DNA from: a virus
Strand: one strand, 5' to 3'
Length of the DNA stretch: 64,000 nucleotides
IMG/VR virus record: IMGVR_UViG_3300032032_000001
Span: 1-64,000 of that record
The notes under the pieces are model-generated. The model was not told the origin of the DNA. It saw only the letters and a list, made by a program, of their open reading frames with translations, and searched no databases. The position numbers were made by a program, and so were the translations under genes. Positions 1 to 9,736 of the stretch are shown here, piece by piece (position 1 is the first letter of the stretch; every line of letters begins with the position of its first letter).

Positions 1-195
1 TCAGAAGAGGTGCTCCGTCTGTTCAAGTATGAGCTTACGGGTAACGAGCGTGCCGTCTATGAACATTTAACTGGTTACGGGAGACCTAAGCTCTCCTCAA
101 CCAGCGAGATAGCTAAGAAATTGAAGATGCCCGACTACCAAGTCAGCCGCCTCAAGAACGCTATCCAGAAAAAACTGAAGAGGTATTTAGGATGA
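1..195 (+). CDS. 3' end of sigma70-family sigma factor-like protein (region 4 HTH); truncated by window start
   Basis: Frame is open from base 1. LTGNERAVYEHLTGY...STSEIAKKLKMPDYQVSRLKNAIQKKLK matches the sigma region-4 pattern L-x-x-E-R-x-V...T-x-x-E-I-A-x-x-L...V-S-x-x-x-x-x-A-x-x-K-L. Regions 2 and 3 are not visible. Confidence 0.6.
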   Translation, partial: SEEVLRLFKYELTGNERAVYEHLTGYGRPKLSSTSEIAKKLKMPDYQVSRLKNAIQKKLKRYLG

Positions 196-851
196 ATAAC
201 CTAGAGAAATACGCTAAAAAGCAAAAAGAGAAGAAGACTTTATCGAGAAAGCTGTTGAACGCGCTTGGTATAACTGCGGCCACCGGTGCCGGGGCAATGT
301 CAGGATCGTTAGGATCGCAGCTTGCGGTAATGGGGCTCGAAAATGTTGGCGACGCCAGTTCCCCAAAGACATCCAAGCCACACTCCATCCGCAAGAACTG
401 GCGTGGTGCTTACAGTGATCATAAAGGCACCGCTACTGCCCGCCAACTCCGGAGAATGCTCCCTAAGTCAGGCAAGAAAGCCCTCGCTCGCTTTTCGGGG
501 TCTCCCAGGGCGCAGGTAGCTGCTATCTTAGCGGGTACGGTTGCCGGTGGCGTTGGCGGTTACAAAGCAGGCAAGAAGTTAACCGAACCCTCTAAGGGCA
601 AAAAGAGCAGTGGAGGCAAGTGGGGCCGCAGAGCAGCTATGACTGGTGGGGCCACACTTGGTGCCGCTAGCGGACTGGCTGCTGGGGCGGCTGGGCCAGC
701 ATTGGCGCTACTCATAGCAGGGCACCCCAGAGCAGCTTTGGCAGCGGCGGGTTTGACGACTGTCGGAGGAGGCATTGCTGGGGCGGGCCTCGGCAAGAAG
801 CTCACAGAGAAGAAAGCTAGTGCGTGGAATGCTCTCGCAGGGGGCGTATAA
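192..851 (+). CDS. Basic Gly/Ala-rich protein with glycine-zipper hydrophobic segments; putative internal virion protein
   Basis: Several GxxxG/AxxxG hydrophobic stretches separated by Lys-rich linkers; internal repeat GKKLTE x2; LEKYA and EKKAS motifs. Confidence 0.55.
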   Translation: MNNLEKYAKKQKEKKTLSRKLLNALGITAATGAGAMSGSLGSQLAVMGLENVGDASSPKTSKPHSIRKNWRGAYSDHKGTATARQLRRMLPKSGKKALARFSGSPRAQVAAILAGTVAGGVGGYKAGKKLTEPSKGKKSSGGKWGRRAAMTGGATLGAASGLAAGAAGPALALLIAGHPRAALAAAGLTTVGGGIAGAGLGKKLTEKKASAWNALAGGV

Positions 852-1427
852 ATGGCTAACGAGCACAAAACAAAGACCGCAAATATCGCAAAGGTCCATT
901 TCCTTATGAAGGAAAAGGGCATGAGTGCTGTAGAGGCTATCAAGTCTGCCTACCCTAGTTGGCCTGAGGAGAAGGTTAAGGCCTTAGCGGTTAAGCTTGA
1001 ATCCATGAAGGGCGCGGGCAAGGCAATGGCCTCCGGTGGACCTATGGCAGCTAAAAAAGAAGAGCCGCAGGAAGAGGGGGCCGAAAAAGAGGCTTCCGTA
1101 CTCATGTCCGGGCTGGAGCATGGATCGTTAGCGCTCTATGAAAGCTACATTAAGAAGCAAGCCATGCTTAACCCATTAGGCGCAGCCAAGGCTCTTGGCT
1201 TTCTAAAGACTGTTGGCAAGGAAGGCGGCAAACTTGTTTCAAAGGGTGCCACTGGGGCTGGGAAGTTCTTCACCAAGAATATGCCGAAGACCACCGCAGT
1301 AACTAAGGCCAAGTTCAAGGAGATGATTAAGAGCAACCCAAAGGCATGGGCAGCAATCAAGAAGTACTATAAACCAGCCTTAGGCGGAGTTGCAGGTGGT
1401 GTAGCTCTAGGTAAGTTGGTGGACTAG
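852..1427 (+). CDS. Basic protein with K-x-A motifs and C-terminal Gly-rich hydrophobic segment; putative internal virion protein
   Basis: AEKEAS and IKKQAM motifs; C-terminal PALGGVAGGVALGKLVD; starts immediately after the upstream stop. Confidence 0.55.
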   Translation: MANEHKTKTANIAKVHFLMKEKGMSAVEAIKSAYPSWPEEKVKALAVKLESMKGAGKAMASGGPMAAKKEEPQEEGAEKEASVLMSGLEHGSLALYESYIKKQAMLNPLGAAKALGFLKTVGKEGGKLVSKGATGAGKFFTKNMPKTTAVTKAKFKEMIKSNPKAWAAIKKYYKPALGGVAGGVALGKLVD

Positions 1428-1429
1428 GA

Positions 1430-1693
1430 ATGCCTGACGCTGTTACTTATGGGACAAAACTGTCTGGTTCGAATAAGGAAGACTTCCTAAAGGACCTTAA
1501 AACACAGGTTATTCGTTTCTTAAGAGCGGAGCGGGTGCGCTTGAAAACAGAACGGGCGTTCCTTGAGTCTGTTCAGGCAGGTCTCACGGAGGCAGACATG
1601 AAGTATAAAAAATTGACGGAGGTTGCGACCTACGTAGATGTGGCCAAGCTCCTCGGATTAAGCCCATCAAAAGACGCAGGTAGCTCAGAATGA
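1430..1693 (+). CDS. Hypothetical helical protein
   Basis: Fills the gap in a tightly packed + strand operon; ATGA overlap with the next gene. Confidence 0.6.
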   Translation: MPDAVTYGTKLSGSNKEDFLKDLKTQVIRFLRAERVRLKTERAFLESVQAGLTEADMKYKKLTEVATYVDVAKLLGLSPSKDAGSSE

Positions 1694-2937
1694 AGATTAA
1701 GCTGGGAACAAACGCGGTACTGCCGTTCTTCGACTCTACAGCAGTTATTGCTCTGGCGAGCTTTACTGTTCAAGTCGATGATCCCAGCGGTGCGACTGTA
1801 GCCACAGCGGGAATGACCGCTGTGACAGATATACCCGACTTGTACCTGAGTGAGCCCGTTTTGTTCTCAAAGGTCGGTCAATACACGCTCACTTACACGT
1901 ATGATGTTGATGTCGTTAAGCAGAGCTATGTTGATGTCGGGGCGGCCCCTATAAGCGACTACCCAAGAGCCGTACCCACCACCCTGCGACTAGATCAGCG
2001 TGAGGTCGGTGGACCCGCTGAAACCGTCACCGTACAAGTGATAGATCAGGCAGGAGATACAGCGTTTGGGCCCACTAATGCGCCATACGTTGCTGGGGCT
2101 TCTGGGTACGAAGTAGCACACACGTTCCTAAATCAGGAGCAATACTTCATTGTATGGTTCACAGGGGCACCTGCGACACCCTTTAGTATGGAGCCCGCGC
2201 TGGTACTTACGCCCGCAGGCGCTGAGACCTGTAGATTCACAGTCGCGACCCTCGAAGGCAACAACGGACAGCCGCACATTGGAACTACGGTTCTCGCAAG
2301 CCTTTCTGATGGGACAGCGGTAGCGCAGGCATTGACCGATATTGAGGGCGAAGCAGTTCTCAACCTAGACCCCACAAACTACGTAATAAGTCTCGAAAAG
2401 AGCGGGGTCGTGTTCTCGAAGAACAACTTCACGCTAGAGGTTATAAACTCTAGAGAGATATCATCAGACCCACTACTGTACTCTCCTGAAGCAACAGAAA
2501 TTCAAGCTTTTCAGATCATAACAGGGTCTTTCACACCAACGTTCACGGCCCCCATATCGCCAGCACCCATGTGCCAGATGTTTGCCGACATCTACAGAAT
2601 GAGTGGTAAGCCATTATCACACGCTAATGTGCAAGTAAGGCTCTTGCATACACCACAACTTTTTTCAGGGGTTGCTGTGTTTGATACACAGGCAACCTAT
2701 AGAACTGATGGCAGCGGACATGTCGAGTTTATGCTTGTACAAGGTGTCAAGATAGAGGTGATAATTGCGCCGCTCTCCCTCCGAAGAATCATTACAGTAC
2801 CGAAAGGCGATGACGCGGTAGACCCGAACACGGGCCAATACATCCCAATCAACCTTATTGACCTCATGTCTAACGCAGATGATGTATTCGATATTATTAA
2901 GGCGGAGATTCCTGCGGCCCCAAGGAGGACTCTGTAA
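1690..2937 (+). CDS. Putative virion structural protein with Ig/transthyretin-like beta-sandwich domains
   Basis: Beta-rich and acidic; TDIEGEAVLNLDP and RTDGSGHVEF are carboxypeptidase-regulatory-like motifs; resembles 5510..6475. Confidence 0.55.
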   Translation: MKIKLGTNAVLPFFDSTAVIALASFTVQVDDPSGATVATAGMTAVTDIPDLYLSEPVLFSKVGQYTLTYTYDVDVVKQSYVDVGAAPISDYPRAVPTTLRLDQREVGGPAETVTVQVIDQAGDTAFGPTNAPYVAGASGYEVAHTFLNQEQYFIVWFTGAPATPFSMEPALVLTPAGAETCRFTVATLEGNNGQPHIGTTVLASLSDGTAVAQALTDIEGEAVLNLDPTNYVISLEKSGVVFSKNNFTLEVINSREISSDPLLYSPEATEIQAFQIITGSFTPTFTAPISPAPMCQMFADIYRMSGKPLSHANVQVRLLHTPQLFSGVAVFDTQATYRTDGSGHVEFMLVQGVKIEVIIAPLSLRRIITVPKGDDAVDPNTGQYIPINLIDLMSNADDVFDIIKAEIPAAPRRTL

Positions 2938-4667
2938 TGGATTTTGACCGACGAGAGGCCCTTGAATTTATGCGAGGACTGACAAAAGAAGCAGTCCCAA
3001 CAACCGCGACCGGACGACCGGGCCAGCCGATGGACCAGATGGGTCAAGGCATGGCACCTTGGGCCATTAAACAGGCCCCAGCTACCGCAGCAAATACGCA
3101 GAACCTTCTAGGGAAGCAGCTGGTTAACTATGCCGCCAAAGCTAATCAGAATAAGTTTCGGGGCAATGTAAACGCCTCTGCGAATAGACAAATGGCGAAG
3201 AAGACCGGCAAGGGCGAGCTTCTGGGTAAAACAGAGGACACCTTAAAGGAAACAAATCCACCCATGGTAAAGGGCGCGAGCACTAAGCCGACCGTTAGGC
3301 GCAAGAGAGCACGTAAGCCGAAGCAGGTAAAGAATCTGCTGTCTAGACTTACGGGAGCCGACGTTACTATTGCGGGCGGTATTGCGGGTGCCGGAACAGG
3401 GCTGGCTACCCACGACCAGCTTACCAAGCTGGACGAACTCCTAGGCGCTCACGAGAAGACCCTCAAAACCAAAGCTATGGATATCGGCAAGAAGGCCAGA
3501 GGGAAAGCCCACCACGCGTCCAACATCTATAATGAGAAGCACTCCAAGCTACCGCGCTTACTGAAGTGGTACGCCAAGAGAAAAGGGGTGCCGTCAAGCA
3601 TTGATCTAGCAAAACATGTTCCCAAGGACATTGTTGAGAAAGAGATCCCCAAGCTACGAATGGGTGGGAAAGCTATACGCAGCACCGCGCTCAAGTCTGG
3701 TGCGAAGGTAGGGGTCGGTTCAATGCTGGCACTTTTATTAGCTAGGTCTCTGTCTAGAAAAGCGGAGCAGAGCAAGAAGGTCAAAGCCATTACAGGCGTC
3801 CTTGACGCTAAGCCTGTTAAGCTTGCCAGCGCTGACCTTGAGAAGGAAGCGTGGATTGGCACTGGCGCTCGGATTTTTGGCTGGGGAAAGAATCTCCTGA
3901 CCAGATTCGGCGGCAGAGCCGTAGCCGGGTCTGACGCTGCCCTCCCCCACGCGGGACGAGTTTTTCAGAGCGCAGGCTCGGGCGCACCGGCACAAGCGGT
4001 AACCATGAGTAACCGACTTAAAGACGCACTCGGGAACACAAGGAATGCCCTGTGGTCTCGTGGTACCGGCATGAAGAACGTTTACCGAAAGATCGGCCCA
4101 GACGGGAAACCTATTCTCGATAAGGCCGGTAAGGAAGTTCAGTTCTTATCCGGAAAAGGTAGATTTAGAGCGCCCAATGACTGGGAGAAGGTCAAGCGCT
4201 GGGATCAAACAGGCGGATGGATTAATCAAGGCGTCAAAGGCCTCGCTAGACACGGCACCCACGGTGCCCTCGGTGGCTACGGGCTTTCCTGGGCCCTGAA
4301 TTCGGACGCCAAATGGAACGATCAGCGTAGGATTGATATGGCGTTGGGCGGGGCACTTTTGTACCCAGGGCTAAAGTGGTCCAATAAGCCTGCCGCAATC
4401 ACCGCCACCGCAGCAGCAATGGCTCCGGGATCACCAGTATCTCATCTTGGTCCCAAGGGCTGGGCCGCCGGTAAGAACCTGTGGGACACCAAGGGCTACG
4501 GTAAAGGGGACATCTCACATATGAAGACGCTAACTAATTCACTAAATACCAGACAGGTAAAAAGAGACCAAGTTTGGAAAGACAAAGCAAGATCACAAAA
4601 CGAGTCAGCGAGAAAAGCTAAGGCAACTAGGCTCAAGCTTGAGGCCGCCTCGAAAAAGGCGAAATAG
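2937..4667 (+). CDS. Large basic Gly-rich protein with multiple K-x-A motifs; putative internal virion polyprotein
   Basis: LTKEA, AIKQA, MVKGA, PVKLA and LEKEA motifs; several short Gly-rich hydrophobic segments; very Lys/Arg-rich. Confidence 0.55.
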   Translation: MDFDRREALEFMRGLTKEAVPTTATGRPGQPMDQMGQGMAPWAIKQAPATAANTQNLLGKQLVNYAAKANQNKFRGNVNASANRQMAKKTGKGELLGKTEDTLKETNPPMVKGASTKPTVRRKRARKPKQVKNLLSRLTGADVTIAGGIAGAGTGLATHDQLTKLDELLGAHEKTLKTKAMDIGKKARGKAHHASNIYNEKHSKLPRLLKWYAKRKGVPSSIDLAKHVPKDIVEKEIPKLRMGGKAIRSTALKSGAKVGVGSMLALLLARSLSRKAEQSKKVKAITGVLDAKPVKLASADLEKEAWIGTGARIFGWGKNLLTRFGGRAVAGSDAALPHAGRVFQSAGSGAPAQAVTMSNRLKDALGNTRNALWSRGTGMKNVYRKIGPDGKPILDKAGKEVQFLSGKGRFRAPNDWEKVKRWDQTGGWINQGVKGLARHGTHGALGGYGLSWALNSDAKWNDQRRIDMALGGALLYPGLKWSNKPAAITATAAAMAPGSPVSHLGPKGWAAGKNLWDTKGYGKGDISHMKTLTNSLNTRQVKRDQVWKDKARSQNESARKAKATRLKLEAASKKAK

Positions 4668-4679
4668 GCAGGAGACACC

Positions 4680-5495
4680 ATGGATTATTACGTATCAACC
4701 GAGCGCAGACAGCGCCTCATAACAGCTTTCCATAAGACCGCCATGGCCAAGTCTCCTGAGATTGAGGCAAAGGTTATTACAGCGACAACCAAACTGGCAT
4801 TCGCCCGAGAGCTTGCTGAAATTGACCCAAGCCTGGATCTCACAAAGACCGCCGGGTTTGGCGACTTCCTGAAGAAGTGGGGTCCTGATATCGCGCTTAC
4901 CGCATTGATGTTTGTCCCAGGGGTAAACGTCGTAGCAGGTGCCGCACGGGTAGGCCTCGGTGCTTACCGAGCAGCTAGAATTGCAAAGGGCGCTTACACC
5001 GCTGCCAAAGCCGCGAGGACTGCTTATAAAGGCAGCCAGACCCTCAGAAAAGGGGTCCAAGCATATAAAGGTCTTCGCACAGCTGGCCAGGGGGCATCTA
5101 CGGCTCTTAAGGGTTCAGGCATGAGCGCTAAGGCTATGAACCTAGCCAACAAGGCCAGTAAAGGGTTTAATACCGCTAAAAACACGATGACGACCGGCTT
5201 GAAAAACGCATGGAACGCCAAGGGCGGAATAGGCCAAACGGGTGCCAAGGGCTGGGGGAAGAGACGGGGCTTCGCTGACCTCGTCACCAAGGTCGCGCCG
5301 GAAACCGGAAAGAGGTCGTTCTCAGGAGTGAAGAGCATTATGAGCGGTTGGGGCCTCTACGAAGGCGTTCCAGCAGCCAAGCGGCTTGCTACTGGTAATC
5401 CAAAGAGTTGGGGCCAGCACACCGGCGGCAGCGGTCATGGCGGCGGAACAGGGTCCCTTACCCAACTAAGAACCCTAACCAACTCAACCAGATAG
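4680..5495 (+). CDS. Basic Gly/Ala-rich protein with hydrophobic hairpin after a K-T-A motif; putative internal virion protein
   Basis: GGAG RBS; FHKTA, TTKLA and LTKTA motifs, then GFGDFLKKWG and DIALTALMFVPGVNVVAGAARVGLG. Confidence 0.55.
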   Translation: MDYYVSTERRQRLITAFHKTAMAKSPEIEAKVITATTKLAFARELAEIDPSLDLTKTAGFGDFLKKWGPDIALTALMFVPGVNVVAGAARVGLGAYRAARIAKGAYTAAKAARTAYKGSQTLRKGVQAYKGLRTAGQGASTALKGSGMSAKAMNLANKASKGFNTAKNTMTTGLKNAWNAKGGIGQTGAKGWGKRRGFADLVTKVAPETGKRSFSGVKSIMSGWGLYEGVPAAKRLATGNPKSWGQHTGGSGHGGGTGSLTQLRTLTNSTR

Positions 5496-5509
5496 ACGGA
5501 GAGTAAGAA

Positions 5510-6475
5510 GTGGCAGACGTATACGTACATTGTAGAACAGCTCTAATGCCTGCCGGGGACCCGGTTCAGGGCGTGTACGTCTCCATCCACTCGCCCGGTG
5601 TTTACAACTCGTTAGCGGATGGAATCACGGATGCTAACGGGCAGGTATTTTTAGGAGCCAGGGCTCCCGGAATATATGAGATACATTTGACGCCCAACGG
5701 TGCCGCTAAGGTGCAAGAGGGTAATTTGCAGACGATAACTGTCGTTGATGAGGATACGAGTCCCGCAGACGGGAACACGGACCCTAATATCTTCGACGTT
5801 CTTATTGACACGACAACGCTCCCAGCAGCATCCGATGATCATTTTTGTCGGTGCTCAGGAAGCTTCATTAACCCATATGGTAAACCGATTGACGAACTAA
5901 CAATAAGGTTCTCAGAGAATTCAGTATTTTTCCCGAACTTAATTTATTACCCGCAGGGCAGCGCAAACGCGCTAATACCAACCTCACAGGTTGTTCGAAC
6001 AGATAGTAGTGGTTTCGCTTCCGTAGACTTGCTCAGAAATTATGAGTATTTAGTTTTTATGGAAGGATACGAGAACTTGGCCAGGAATATTCTTGTCCCA
6101 GATGCATCTGCTGCCCCGCTTCCAGACATCATCTTCCCAGCCGTCGATGGTGTTGAGTACACATTAAATAACGTTTTATTAGATGGTAATAGCCCATCAG
6201 TAACGTTGAATGTTGGGCAACAGACCACTCTTCTTCTTGAAACAGTTTTTCGGAGTGGTCTTAGAATCTCAGGGGTGGTAGACACAGTATTAGTAACTCC
6301 AGAGCAAAGCATTATTAGTACTACGTTGACAGGTAATACTCTTTTGATAGAGGCTCTATCTCCAGGAAACGTAGAATTAGAGGTCACTCGTGTTAAACCA
6401 GAAGCAGGACATGGAATCACCATCGCGCCTGACCCTGGAGTACGAGGTGCCCTCAATGTCTTGGTCAATCCCTGA
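5510..6475 (+). CDS. Putative virion structural protein with Ig/transthyretin-like domains
   Basis: GTG start after GGAG; ITDANGQVF and RTDSSGFASV motifs; C-terminal Ig-like segment (SVTLNVGQ...IEALSPGNVELEV). Confidence 0.55.
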   Translation: MADVYVHCRTALMPAGDPVQGVYVSIHSPGVYNSLADGITDANGQVFLGARAPGIYEIHLTPNGAAKVQEGNLQTITVVDEDTSPADGNTDPNIFDVLIDTTTLPAASDDHFCRCSGSFINPYGKPIDELTIRFSENSVFFPNLIYYPQGSANALIPTSQVVRTDSSGFASVDLLRNYEYLVFMEGYENLARNILVPDASAAPLPDIIFPAVDGVEYTLNNVLLDGNSPSVTLNVGQQTTLLLETVFRSGLRISGVVDTVLVTPEQSIISTTLTGNTLLIEALSPGNVELEVTRVKPEAGHGITIAPDPGVRGALNVLVNP

Positions 6476-6782
6476 TACAAGTAGCGACATACGCCCTTCA
6501 AGGCAGATTATGTGGTTCACGCGGCTATGGGCCGCAGTTGTTAGACGCGCCGCAGTGGACTGGGTCCTGTACAAAGACCATCCCACATCTAAGCTTAGAA
6601 AAATTGGGGCGGACGCCGAGTATTGGATTTTCTTAGATAAGGAGGAAAATAGGTTAAGTTCTTTTGTATCTGTATGCGATATTCTTGGTCTAGAACCCAG
6701 CTTAATGAGGGAAAAGGTGCGAAGCTTAAGCGAGGATGATGCTAGAAGGCTAAGAGGTATGGAGTTTGGCGATGACTGGTAA
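6456..6782 (+). CDS. Hypothetical helical phage protein
   Basis: Likely ATG at 6456 after GAGGTG; RLWAAVVRRAAVD...WIF...SFVSVCDILGLEP resembles a small phage protein family. Confidence 0.6.
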   Translation: MSWSIPDTSSDIRPSRQIMWFTRLWAAVVRRAAVDWVLYKDHPTSKLRKIGADAEYWIFLDKEENRLSSFVSVCDILGLEPSLMREKVRSLSEDDARRLRGMEFGDDW

Positions 6783-9717
6783 GTACACATCCGATGAGTT
6801 TCAGAGTAGCGTTGATAAGGTATCACCGAAGCTTGAGGGTGTCGTAAGAGGTGCCGAGCAGTCCGCCGACGATATTGTAGACAGCATCAAGGACTACATC
6901 TATAGGTCCATCAACTCAGACATAGATTCTGTCTATGCGATCATCTACCTACTTAGAAACAAAGAAATAATAGCGTGCACCGAGGCGCTGGGCAGCCTCT
7001 CCGACATGCTTGAGCTACTACCCTCCGCCCTGTCCGAGCCCACAAGCGCAAACACAGCCGCCGCCGAAGAAATGGCCGACCTCATAGAGGAGCTTGAGTT
7101 TGCCCCCGGAGGGTTGCGATCCGAACTCGTTAGTAGAATACAAGCGCTCGCCCAAGTGATGGCGCAAAACAATAAGACGCCATCAGGGAAGATAGCGACC
7201 GGGACAAGCAAAGAGAGCGCCCGCTCAGGCATCAGGGCATTGGCGAGCAACCTTTCCGTACTCATTGAGTCAATAAAGATAAACGGCGATGGTTTTCTAG
7301 AGGCTATCCGCTCGTACATGCTGGCCGACTTCGAATCTGTGTCCGCAAGTCACCAAGCTCGTAAGGCATATAATGCCGTAGAGGGCCACATACACGAAGG
7401 CGCTGACGCACAACAGCTTATGCTAGATGCAGCTGTCTCCGCTTCTATGGTTAAACAAGCATCTGAACCGAAGCGTGACATAACAAGACCCAAATACGAG
7501 GGCCCTGTGATCACGCTCCCGGGAGTTGCTGCGGAGCTTTATGGCGGGACCGACCCGCTAATACTACAGGACAGCGATCCGAACACAGCAGAGTTCTTGG
7601 TAGACGGATCTGAGTACGCAAGTCTGGTAGCCCCGCCATCAGAGGGGCCGGTCTATTTAAAAAAGTGGCCCGCATCACTCAACATGTCGAGTGATTTTGG
7701 TGTTTGGTACGAGTTTGGTGGTGACACAAACAATGTATTTATCAGCGGCAACTCCGTAAAAACCGGAAAGTTCCTTAAATATATCGTTAGGGGGACAACC
7801 CTTAGCGGAACCTTTTACCAGAAGAATCCCACACTCGGTCAGCCCCCAATCCTACATCAGATAATAGATAAGCCGAACGGGGGGTACCCTTACGGTGGTG
7901 GGGTGGTAAGGGCTAAAGAGGTAGGAAACCCCAATGCTCAATGGTTTGACTTTGGGCACATAGACTACGCCGCCGGGGTGATGGAGCTAAATTCTAACTT
8001 TTCTGGGACCGGTAACGGCCTGCTCTATTTTGAGGGCGGCACTTCGGTAACAATTGGGTACGACTACTACCCCCTTGGCGACCTAGTTTTCAGGTCTGGC
8101 ATGTGGATTGTTTCTGCTAATCCAACCATAACACCTACGTATAACAGGGATATTGAGAACTACTTCGGCACCCTTGGGTTCATTACACATAACAGGGCCG
8201 GTTGGCTGGAGCTTGAGGCAGGCTGGTTGATAACCAGCTTCGGAGATTTCGTAGGCGCATATCAAGGTGGCAGTGCCATAGAATCCCTTACAGATGAGTA
8301 TGCGCTGACGAATTTGGACAGTAGTATAGTTGGCCCGGAGACGATGAGGTTCGCGCTTAACCGTAACGGCACCGCCCATAGGCTAACATTCCCAGACAAA
8401 CCCTCTTTGGACGACGGGGAGCTTCGAACAGACCCGCTTGGGGACACATTCACTGACACCCCATCACTCAATCGACTACTGAAACTAACATATGAAGATG
8501 TGGGCAACGTTTACGGCACAGACACACCAGGGTCGTCCGTTTCGCTCACCGGACCCATAGACCTGGATATCCCCCAGCTAACACTGTCCCCTGGAGGGGT
8601 AAGTGTTTTTGAGACAACCACGAGCGGGGTCCCAACGCATACGGACACCTTAGATATCGATGGGAACGTGACCACGAATGGGTACTTTGAGGTTGATACC
8701 GAGGGCCTTGAGGTGGGGGACGATGTATATGACTCCGTTACGCAGGCGCACGCGAAGATCGTCGCAATAGCCCCGGACACGGAAACGATGCACACAACCC
8801 AACAAAACGGGGTGTCCATTTTCCCAGCATTTGCTAGAGCCCCTGGTTCGGGCAACTGGGGACTCGAAGAGTTTAGCACGCACAGCGTTTCATTCAGCAG
8901 GCACAGGCTTCGTGTAACCTCACAAACCGACGAAGCAAGCAGCTCGGTGGCTACGGAGACTGAGGCACTCGGGTTTTCCGACGCAACCCTGGGGAGTTCA
9001 CTGGCGATAGCCCTTGGGCTGTCTACAGACTTGGATAACGTAATAACTGACCCGGGGTACAACATAAAACCCGGGGACATCATTCTAGAGAAGACCCTTG
9101 GCGCTTCCAGACCTATCGGCAGGGTGGAGAGCGTCAACGGTAATAAAATTACGCTTGTAATAGTGCCTGAGGGTGTTTCGCACGACTACCCGTTCACCTC
9201 CCTGGTTATTGTGGCCCTCGGGTGGCAGCGCCACGTTAAGATTAGTTCAGAACTACGCAAGTACCTGAATTTGTTAGAAAAAATTTCGTCTAACGAGTTG
9301 GTAAACTTAGCGAACGCTGTGACAAATTCAGGCACTGGCCAGGGCCAATTCACTAGCCTCATAGCAAACGCGGTTTCAGCTATCTCCAGCATACGGGACA
9401 TGTACCTCCTGTATGACGCCCACACCGTCAACACGACAAGTTCACTAATGGACTTTATTAGGCAGGAGAAATTAACGGTGGTGCACGATCTTTTAGCCAC
9501 CGCGCAGTTCTCCGAAATACCCGACCTAACCCCGGAGAAGATTTCTACCAAGGGGGATGTTGAGAGTATGCTTGGTGTTGCTGCGGATTTGATCGGTGGA
9601 ACAGCGCAATTTGTGGAAATCACACGCGGGTACGATCCGCTAAACGACTTTACACAGAGAAGCAAGGAGTCAAATATAGAGTTAAAGGACCTTCCAGATG
9701 TTGATTTTATCCCGTAA
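6772..9717 (+). CDS. Putative tail/baseplate structural protein
   Basis: ~980 aa and acidic; helical N and C termini around a beta-rich core; GHIDYAAG motif; lies upstream of the baseplate genes. Confidence 0.5.
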   Translation: MTGKYTSDEFQSSVDKVSPKLEGVVRGAEQSADDIVDSIKDYIYRSINSDIDSVYAIIYLLRNKEIIACTEALGSLSDMLELLPSALSEPTSANTAAAEEMADLIEELEFAPGGLRSELVSRIQALAQVMAQNNKTPSGKIATGTSKESARSGIRALASNLSVLIESIKINGDGFLEAIRSYMLADFESVSASHQARKAYNAVEGHIHEGADAQQLMLDAAVSASMVKQASEPKRDITRPKYEGPVITLPGVAAELYGGTDPLILQDSDPNTAEFLVDGSEYASLVAPPSEGPVYLKKWPASLNMSSDFGVWYEFGGDTNNVFISGNSVKTGKFLKYIVRGTTLSGTFYQKNPTLGQPPILHQIIDKPNGGYPYGGGVVRAKEVGNPNAQWFDFGHIDYAAGVMELNSNFSGTGNGLLYFEGGTSVTIGYDYYPLGDLVFRSGMWIVSANPTITPTYNRDIENYFGTLGFITHNRAGWLELEAGWLITSFGDFVGAYQGGSAIESLTDEYALTNLDSSIVGPETMRFALNRNGTAHRLTFPDKPSLDDGELRTDPLGDTFTDTPSLNRLLKLTYEDVGNVYGTDTPGSSVSLTGPIDLDIPQLTLSPGGVSVFETTTSGVPTHTDTLDIDGNVTTNGYFEVDTEGLEVGDDVYDSVTQAHAKIVAIAPDTETMHTTQQNGVSIFPAFARAPGSGNWGLEEFSTHSVSFSRHRLRVTSQTDEASSSVATETEALGFSDATLGSSLAIALGLSTDLDNVITDPGYNIKPGDIILEKTLGASRPIGRVESVNGNKITLVIVPEGVSHDYPFTSLVIVALGWQRHVKISSELRKYLNLLEKISSNELVNLANAVTNSGTGQGQFTSLIANAVSAISSIRDMYLLYDAHTVNTTSSLMDFIRQEKLTVVHDLLATAQFSEIPDLTPEKISTKGDVESMLGVAADLIGGTAQFVEITRGYDPLNDFTQRSKESNIELKDLPDVDFIP

Positions 9718-9736
9718 ATTTGGGTTGAGGTGATTC

